Assembly: GCF_006345805.1 (NCBI RefSeq)
Contig: NW_021825177.1
Span: 1-16,117 of the forward strand
Length of the DNA: 16,117 nt
Reading direction: 5' to 3'
Origin: Octopus sinensis
Taxonomy: Eukaryota
In this document: positions 10,029 to 16,117 of the stretch, in pieces
Layout: every line of letters begins with the position of its first letter
Position numbering within the stretch: the stretch's first letter is position 1
The notes under the pieces: model-generated
Seen by the model: the letters and a program-made list of their open reading frames with translations, nothing else
What the model was told of the DNA's origin: nothing
Databases searched by the model: none
Program-made: the position numbers and the translations under genes

Positions 10029-10117
10029 TATTTCGTCTGTCTTTACGTTCTGAGTTCAAATTCCACAAGGTCAACTTTGCTTTTCATCTTTTCAGGGTCG
10101 ATAAACAAATTTCCAGT
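10029..10117 (+). mobile_element. SINE family B, internal fragment
   Basis: Aligns to 13514-13603, including GAGTTCAAATTCC and CTTTGC(C/T)TTTCATC...GGGTCGATAAA. Confidence 0.8.
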
Positions 10118-10139
10118 CAATTATGCCTATTATTATTCC

Positions 10140-10320
10140 CCTTTTTGGGAATTTTTCGTTGTTATAATTTTGATTGTTACACTGTTTTTACACGGGTTTT
10201 TACACACGGACAAAACCCTTTGTAACTTTTCGTCCTGTTTTGTCCCCTTTTTGTTATAATTAATTTTTGTCAGCCCTTGTGGCCAATAAAAGAATTAATT
10301 ATTATTATTATTATTATTAT
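10140..10320 (+). mobile_element. Retroposon 3'-end fragment with (ATT)n tail, sharing its tail with the SINE B copy at 13468
   Basis: GTCCTGTTTTGTCCCCTTTTTGTT...CAGCCCTTGTGGCCAATAAAAGAA resembles 13645-13693 and is followed by (ATT)n. The 5' boundary is uncertain. Confidence 0.5.
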
Positions 10321-10327
10321 CATGGGA

Positions 10328-10546
10328 GGCAGTGTGCTGGCAGAATCGATACCACGCCAGACAAAATGCTTAGCGGCATTTCGTCCGTCTTTATGTTTTG
10401 AGTTCAAATTCCATCAAGGTCGACTTTGCCCTTCATTCTTCCAAGGTCGATAAAAGAGGTACCAGTTGTAAACCGGGGGTCGACGTAATCGACTTACCGC
10501 CTCTGCCGGAATTGCTGGTTTTGTGCCAAGATTTTTAACCAATATT
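10328..10546 (+). mobile_element. SINE family B, diverged near-full copy (tail type 2)
   Basis: A-box-like TGGCAGAATCG and B-box GAGTTCAAATTCC. The body is homologous to 13468-13632, but the tail differs (AATTGCTGGTTTTGTGCCAAGATTT). Confidence 0.8.
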
Positions 10547-11102
10547 TGTGGAGTGTATCACTAGATACTGACATCCTTTTTCTGATTACATTCTTCAATC
10601 TTCGTTGCTGACGTTGAATATTTTCCGTATGTGAATCTCCCCTGATTCACTGCGAGGCTTGTTTCCTGTTTCTGACGGCGTCGTTGCATCATTTTTCCGC
10701 CGTTCTTTTTATTTCCCCCACTCCATCTCTTTTCCTTAATGTCTATTTTGCTGATGGTATTTATATGAATTCGGTGATAAAGATAATTACTGCTGTATAT
10801 TTATCCTCATGTAAAAAAAAAACCAACCCAAAAACGATGAAAAAATGTATCAAGATTAAATTAGACAACCTTAAGTGAATATAAATATACGTCTGTGTTT
10901 ATGTCTGCAAATGTGTTTACGTATGATTATACGCATGTGTATACTCACAAACACACACACGAATGCATGTATATATTTTATTTTAAACTTATTTTAGTAG
11001 ATGAGAGTTAAATTATGTTCTATAATTATCATCAAGGAATACCTAGAATTTCATTTCCGAACATCAAATACCTACATATATACACATGAACACGTGTATT
11101 CC

Positions 11103-11156
11103 GTCATTCCTTTACGCGTTTCAGCTCGGGGGTTGTGGCTATTCTGGGGCACCGCC
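11103..11156 (-). mobile_element. 3' tail fragment of a SINE related to family A
   Basis: Reverse complement reads GGCGGTGCCCCAGAATAGCCACAAC...GAGCTGAAACGCGTAAAG, similar to the family A tail GGCGGTGCTCCAGCATGGCCGCAGTCAAATGACTGAAACAAGTAAA. Confidence 0.6.
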
Positions 11157-11255
11157 AGTGATTATTTATATATATATATATACATATATTATATATATAT
11201 ATACAAATAATCACATATATATATATATACATGTGTGTGTGTGTGCATGTGTGTG

Positions 11256-11287
<32 letters not shown>

Positions 11288-11507
11288 TATAGATGTCTGA
11301 CTGGCAGGATGAAGCGGCTGACCTCCCTTTTCGAAGGTTTATAATGGACGCAGTTTGTGTCAAATAGCTAGCTTAAGGCGATGCCTCATGGAGCTAATCA
11401 GCGACAGCTTTAGTCTTATATTTAAAGGCTGCCATATCAGTATGGCGATAACTATTAATTTCCAGTAACGCTGTCGTATCTCTTTTAGAAAGACTTAGTA
11501 ATTTTAA

Positions 11508-11511
<4 letters not shown>

Positions 11512-11583
<72 letters not shown>
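11512..11583. repeat. Pure (TA)n run of about 70 bp
   Basis: Directly visible, abutting the SINE head. Confidence 0.95.
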
Positions 11584-11585
<2 letters not shown>

Positions 11586-11746
11586 CGCAGGAGTGGCTGT
11601 GTGGTAAGTAGCTTGTTTACCAACCACATGGTTCCGGGTTCAGTCCCACTGCGTGGCATGTTGGGCAAGTGTCTTCTGCTATAGCCTCGGGCCGACAAAT
11701 GCCTTGTGAGTGGATTTGGTAGACGGAACCTGAAAAGAAGCCCGTC

Positions 11747-11787
<41 letters not shown>

Positions 11788-12010
11788 CGTGTGTGTGTGT
11801 GTGTGTGTGTTTGTCCCCCTAGCATTGCTTGACAACTGATGCTGGTGTGTTTATGTCCCCGTTACTTAGCGGTTCGGCAAAAGGGACCGATAGAATAAGT
11901 ACTGGGCTTACAAAAGAATAAGTCCCGGGGTCGAGTTGCTCGATTAAAGGCGGTGCTCCAGTATGACCGCAGTCAAATGACTGAAACAAGTAAAAGAGTA
12001 AAAAGAGAGA
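11583..12010 (+). mobile_element. SINE family A, full-length
   Basis: Pol III A-box TGGCTGTGTGG 11594-11604 and B-box-like GGTTCAGTCCC 11637-11647. CORE-like TTGGGCAAGT segment, internal (TA)n(TG)n, and (TAAAAGAG)n tail. It resembles the octopus tRNA-derived SINEs (OK/OR1/OR2 group); the exact family is not assigned. Confidence 0.9.
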
Positions 12011-12054
12011 GTACTGGAACGTTTTGATACCACTTCGTATATATGCTGGTGTAT

Positions 12055-12168
12055 CTTTGTCCTCCGCCACCATCGACTCAACTTCGGTGTTGGTTTGTTT
12101 TCCTTCCCGTTACTTCGCGGTTCGGCAAAAATATATCGATGGAACGAGTACGAGACTTACAAAATAAA
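12055..12168 (+). mobile_element. Old, diverged SINE A-related body, left part of an interrupted copy
   Basis: TTTGTCCTCC...CCCGTTACTTCGCGGTTCGGCAAAA...CGATGGAACGAGTACGAGACTTACAAAATAA is collinear with 11810-11920. Confidence 0.75.
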
Positions 12169-12199
12169 TAAACAAATAATTAAAATAAAATAAATAAAT

Positions 12200-12632
12200 A
12201 GGCGCAGGGGTGGCTGTGTGGTAAGTAGCTTGCTAACCAACCACATGGTTCCGGGTTCAGTCCCACTGCGTGGCACCTTGGGCAAGTGTCTTCTGCTATA
12301 GCCCCGGGCTGATCAATGCCTTGTGAGTGGATTTGGTAGACGGAAACTGAAAGAAGCCTGTCGTATATATGTATATATGTCTATATATATATATATGTTT
12401 GTGTGTATATATGTTTGTGTGTCTGTGTTTGTCCCCCTAGCATTGCTTGACAACCGATGCTGGTGTGTTTACGTCCCCGTCACTTAGCGGTTCGGCAAAA
12501 GTGACCGATAGAATAAGTACTGGGCTTACAAAAGAATAAGTCCTGGGGGTCGATTTGCTCGACTAAAGGCGGTGCTCCAGCATGGCCGCAGTCAAATGAC
12601 TGAAACAAGTAAAAGAGTAAAAGAGTAAAGAG
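12200..12632 (+). mobile_element. SINE family A, full-length, nested in an older copy
   Basis: Complete head, body and tail. The CORE-like TGCGTGGCACCTTGGGCAAGTGTCTT lies at 12267-12292. Confidence 0.9.
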
Positions 12633-12638
12633 TAAATA

Positions 12639-12733
12639 TGCTCTGGTGTCGCTCTGCTCCACAAAACGTCTCAAAGCGGTGCACCAGCATGGCCGCAGTC
12701 CAATGACTGAATCAAATGAAGGATAAAAGATAA
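12639..12733 (+). mobile_element. Old, diverged SINE A-related tail, right part of the interrupted copy
   Basis: CTGGTGTCGCTCTGCTCCAC...GCGGTGCACCAGCATGGCCGCAGTCCAATGACTGAA...GATAAAAGATAA continues the consensus from where 12055-12168 stops. Confidence 0.75.
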
Positions 12734-13174
12734 TATCATAGTATAACGGAACACTAAGTAGGGCGGTGTGGAGTCATATGAGGAGCGACGAGAGGTTGGA
12801 TAGCGCCATGACTGCGGGTTTATCGGTATTCCAGATACGAAGATATTTTAACGGCTTTCTTCCTAATGTATCATTTTTTTTAAAACGATATTTGTTGACA
12901 TCCATCATCTTCGAGGCTGAGTGTGGATTACATTTGCATAAATTAAACATGTATGCAGGAAGTAGGGTTTGTGATGGTGGCAATGGGCGTCATACTGTTG
13001 ATGTTTGCGATGTGTGGGTGGAGGTGTACTGGTTCGGATGTTTGTGGTAGTGGTGGGTGCTGTTGGTGGTTGAGTTGTAAGTAATTGTATTGGTGGAGGC
13101 TGTGGTGAAAGGACCATAGTTATTTTTGCCGTAAGGTAATGTTGCGGGAATGCACACTTATATATTGTCAGATA

Positions 13175-13433
13175 ACACACACACACATACGCTCACACAC
13201 ATGTACACACACATTAAATATGTATATATATATATATATAAATATATGTATGTATATGCATATGTATGTATACATATATGTATGTATATGCATGTATATT
13301 CATATGTACGTATTTATATATACTAATAACTAATTCTGTTATATGTACATACATATATGCATACATGTGTGTATGTAAATGTATGCATGTATGTGTGTAT
13401 GTGTTTATATGTGAATGTATGTATGTGTGTGTG

Positions 13434-13466
<33 letters not shown>
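13175..13466. repeat. Compound (CA)/(TA)/(TATG) microsatellite
   Basis: Directly visible. Confidence 0.9.
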
Positions 13467-13467
<1 letters not shown>

Positions 13468-13469
<2 letters not shown>

Positions 13470-13690
13470 CAAGGTGGCAGAAACGCTAGCGCGCCGGTCG
13501 AAATGCTTAGCGGTATTTCGTCTGTCGTTACGTTCTGAGTTCAAATTCCGCCAAGGTCGACTTTGCCTTTCATCCTTTCGGGGTCGATAAATAAAGTACC
13601 AGTTTCGCACTAGGTTCGATGTAGTCGACTTAATCCCTTTGTCTGTCTTTGTTTGTCCCCTCTATGTTTAGCTCCTTGTTGGCAGTAAAG

Positions 13691-13695
<5 letters not shown>
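13468..13695 (+). mobile_element. SINE family B, full-length tRNA-derived SINE with a Meta-domain-like centre (tail type 1)
   Basis: A-box-like TGGCAGAAACG 13475-13485 and B-box GAGTTCAAATTCC 13537-13549. The central GACTTTGCCTTTCATCCTTTCGGGGTCGATAAATAAAGTACCAG resembles the MetaSINE domain as I recall it. Flanked by (TA)n on both sides. Confidence 0.85.
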
Positions 13696-13729
<34 letters not shown>

Positions 13730-13754
13730 ACTTCTTTGACTATCTTATAAAAAC

Positions 13755-13878
13755 TCTCTGATGAACCCTAGAGGCATACCCAAGTACCCTAATTTTATCT
13801 ACAGATTACTACAGTACACTGAAAAGATGGAAATAATATGTGGGGTACTGTGACCCCTTGACAGAAACAGCTGTAAGA
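13755..13878 (+). ncRNA. Type-I hammerhead ribozyme motif (HHR-2), probably degenerate
   Basis: CTGATGA 13758-13764 and GAAA 13864-13867. Palindromic stem III ACAGCTGT, GUA triplet 13873-13875. Stem I TCT/AGA is only 3 bp. The 99-nt stem II region has GTACCC/GGGTAC and TTTTATCT/AGATGGAA helices, but its base pairs poorly. Confidence 0.6.
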
Positions 13879-13970
13879 AACTGCTCTTCTTTCTCTATTC
13901 TAGAAATTACTGGTACTTTACATATGTATTTATATATTATCTGAACTGTTTAAAATAAATAAATAGACAT

Positions 13971-14136
13971 AGGCGCAGGAGTAGCTGTGTGGTAAGTAGC
14001 TTGCTAACCAACCACATGGTTCCGGGTTCAGTCCCACAGCGTAGCATCTTGGGCAAGTGTCTTCTGCTATAACCTCGGGCCGACCAATGCCTTGTGAGTG
14101 GATTTAGTAGACGGAAACCGAAAGAAGCCTGTCGTA

Positions 14137-14171
<35 letters not shown>

Positions 14172-14520
14172 GGCGCAGGAGTGGCTGTGTGGTAAGTAGC
14201 TTGCTAACCAACCACATGGTTCCGGGTTCAGTCCCACAGCGTGGCATCTTGGGCAAGTGTCTTCTGCTATAGCCCCGGGCCGACCAATGCCTTGTGAGTG
14301 GATTTAGTAGACGGAAACCGAAAGAGGCCTGTCGTATATTATATATATAATATATATATAAATAGGCGCAGGAGTGGCTGTGTGGTAAGTAGCTTGCTAA
14401 CCACCACATGGTTCCGGGTTCAGTCCACAGGTGGCATCTTGGGCAAGTGTCCTTTTGCTATAGCCCGCCGACCAATCCTTGTGAGTGGATTTAGTAGACG
14501 AACCGAAAGAAGCGGTCGTA

Positions 14521-14610
<90 letters not shown>

Positions 14611-15010
14611 AATAGGCGCAGGAGTGGCTGTGTGGTAAGTAGCTTGCTAACCAACCACATGGTTCCGGGTTCAGTCCCCAGCGTGGCATCTTGGGCAAGT
14701 GTCTTCTGCTATAGCCCCGGGCCGACCAATGCCTTGGTGAGTGGATTTGGTAGACGAAAACTGAAAAGAAGCCTGTCGTATATATATATATGTATGTGTT
14801 TGTGTGTCTGTGTTTGTCTCCCTAGCATTGCTTGACAAGCAATGCTAGTGTGTTTACGTCCCCGTCACTTAGCGGTTCGGCAAAAGAGACCGATAGAATA
14901 AGTACTGGGCTTACAAAGAATAAGTCCTGGGGGTCGATTTTCTCGACTAAAGGCGGTGCTCCAGCATGGCCGCAGTCAAATGACTGAAACAAGTAAAAGA
15001 GTAAAGAGTA
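13971..15010 (+). mobile_element. Composite SINE A: three head-only units (13971, 14171, 14364) plus one full copy (14614-15010), flanked by an AGACATA duplication
   Basis: Four heads separated by (TA)n, with a single body and tail. AGACATA occurs at 13965-13971 and 15011-15017. Confidence 0.9.
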
Positions 15011-15111
15011 AGACATAATATAATGTCTAACAGTTGAAGAATACTACCTCTGGATTCACTCCATTTTCTCCTTGCCATATAAATATTTATATTTATTACA
15101 TTCGGTAATGA

Positions 15112-15248
15112 TATAACAGGGGGTTGGGTTAAACATCATGAAATATATAATCTTTACACGTGTTTCGCCAACGTATACAAGTATATTGTACGGTCATTAT
15201 TACGTATGCGATTACATAGTCATCAGAAGTAGGGAGTAAATGAATCCA
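15112..15248 (-). repeat. Left arm of a long inverted repeat (137 bp)
   Basis: Reverse complement of 15673-15827 apart from 2 substitutions and an 18-nt indel. Confidence 0.95.
15152..15229 (-). ncRNA. Type-I minimal hammerhead ribozyme motif (HHR-3)
   Basis: The minus strand reads CTT-CTGATGA-(53 nt)-GAAA-CACGTG-TA-AAG. Palindromic stem III ACACGTGT, GUA triplet, 3-bp stem I. Confidence 0.65.
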
Positions 15249-15542
15249 CCCATTTATTATATTCGGTAGTGCAATTGGCATGCAATAAAAAAAATCCCAC
15301 TTGTGTATTAATAATTTGGTATTCTACCAGCGGTATTTTGGATAGATATTATTCCTTAGTTGGTTGGATTCACTACCTCAAACTCTCTTTGAATTAAATA
15401 TAAATCTTCGTATACAGGCAAATAGTTAAATAATTTAATATAAACTTTAAATCGTATATATACGACAATCTGTTGGTATCGAAACATTTGTAGCGATTAA
15501 AAAATTGCTGAACCGTACTTACTCTTCCTTTTGACTCTTTTA

Positions 15543-15576
<34 letters not shown>

Positions 15577-15583
15577 ACCTGGC

Positions 15584-15618
15584 TTGGCCGCAATCCAGTG
15601 ACTGAAACAGATAAAAGA
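15584..15618 (+). mobile_element. Short SINE A-related tail remnant
   Basis: TGGCCGCAATCCAGTGACTGAAACAGATAAAAGA resembles 12691-12730 and 12583-12615. Confidence 0.55.
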
Positions 15619-15672
15619 TCCACACACACACACACTGAGTTCTGCTTAGAAACGGAGGTCGGTACGTTACAA

Positions 15673-15827
15673 TGGATTCATTTACTCCTTACTTCTGATG
15701 ACTTGATACCTTAAGAGGATTATGTAATCGCATACGTAATGATGACCGTACAATATACTTGTATACGTTGGCGAAACACGTGTAAAGATTATATATTTCA
15801 TGATGTTTAACCCAACCCCCTGTTATA
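15673..15827 (+). repeat. Right arm of the long inverted repeat (155 bp)
   Basis: Matches the reverse complement of 15112-15248, with an extra TTGATACCTTAAGAGGAT at 15703-15720. Confidence 0.95.
15692..15787 (+). ncRNA. Type-I minimal hammerhead ribozyme motif (HHR-4)
   Basis: CTT 15692-15694, CTGATGA 15695-15701, 71-nt stem II region, GAAA 15773-15776, stem III ACACGTGT, GUA 15782-15784, AAG 15785-15787. Confidence 0.6.
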
Positions 15828-16117
15828 CGGTGCTCTCGGTTACACACCTACGTATCTCTATCTATGCATATGTCTGTGCATGTGTGGGTGTTCTTTGAAG
15901 GCCGGGGTGCATAGTGTTATTGATGATTTTCGTGGACGTGTTCGTTTCTTATACGATTCGAAATGGCCAAGACGTTTCCGTAACCTCTCCGCTCTAGTAC
16001 TGCTTTCCCTCCCCGTATCTCTGTCAGTGAAATTTCCTGCCTCGCACGTCTACAGGAATGTGGGGGGAGGAACCAGTTGTTTCCTTTCCCAAAGTTTGAA
16101 AACTTACAACATTCGGA

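Noticed and set aside
10561-10800. About 80 stop-free codons on the minus strand (…KEKRWSGGNKKNGGKMMQRRRQKQETS…)
   Set aside because: No recognisable domain or convincing splice acceptor. An exon cannot be excluded without RNA-seq.
11583-11650. Functional tRNA genes in the SINE heads
   Set aside because: Only A/B-box-like motifs are present, with no complete cloverleaf or T-run terminator, and the heads are embedded in SINE bodies.
12766-13186. Overlapping ORFs of 69-94 aa
   Set aside because: No recognisable homology, and they partly run into GGT low-complexity sequence.
15965-16035. Possible fifth hammerhead on the minus strand (CTGACAGA ... GAAACGTC)
   Set aside because: The core has an extra base relative to CTGANGA, and stem I does not pair.

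Overview
Non-coding, repeat-dense eukaryotic DNA with no credible protein-coding gene. The SINE families resemble those I recall from octopus genomes, so the taxon is an inference. The window has five main components. (1) About a dozen full, head-only or decayed copies of a tRNA-derived, CORE-like SINE (family A), including tandem head multiplications and a nested insertion. (2) Three copies of a second tRNA-derived SINE (family B) carrying alternative tails. (3) A 6.2-kb array of 45 copies of a ~139-bp unit (3743-9976), which appears to be the amplified 3' terminus of a 5'-truncated non-LTR retroelement ending in (TTA)n, with an internal 6-unit higher-order duplication. (4) Four type-I hammerhead ribozyme motifs from three unrelated sequence families (3068-3169 +, 13755-13878 +, and an inverted pair at 15152-15229 - / 15692-15787 +). 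All have a palindromic stem III and an unusually long stem II, and they sit in short Penelope-like fragments, some with near-perfect palindromes. (5) Abundant (TA)n, (CA)n, (TACA)n and (GGT)n microsatellites, which explain most of the ORF track.
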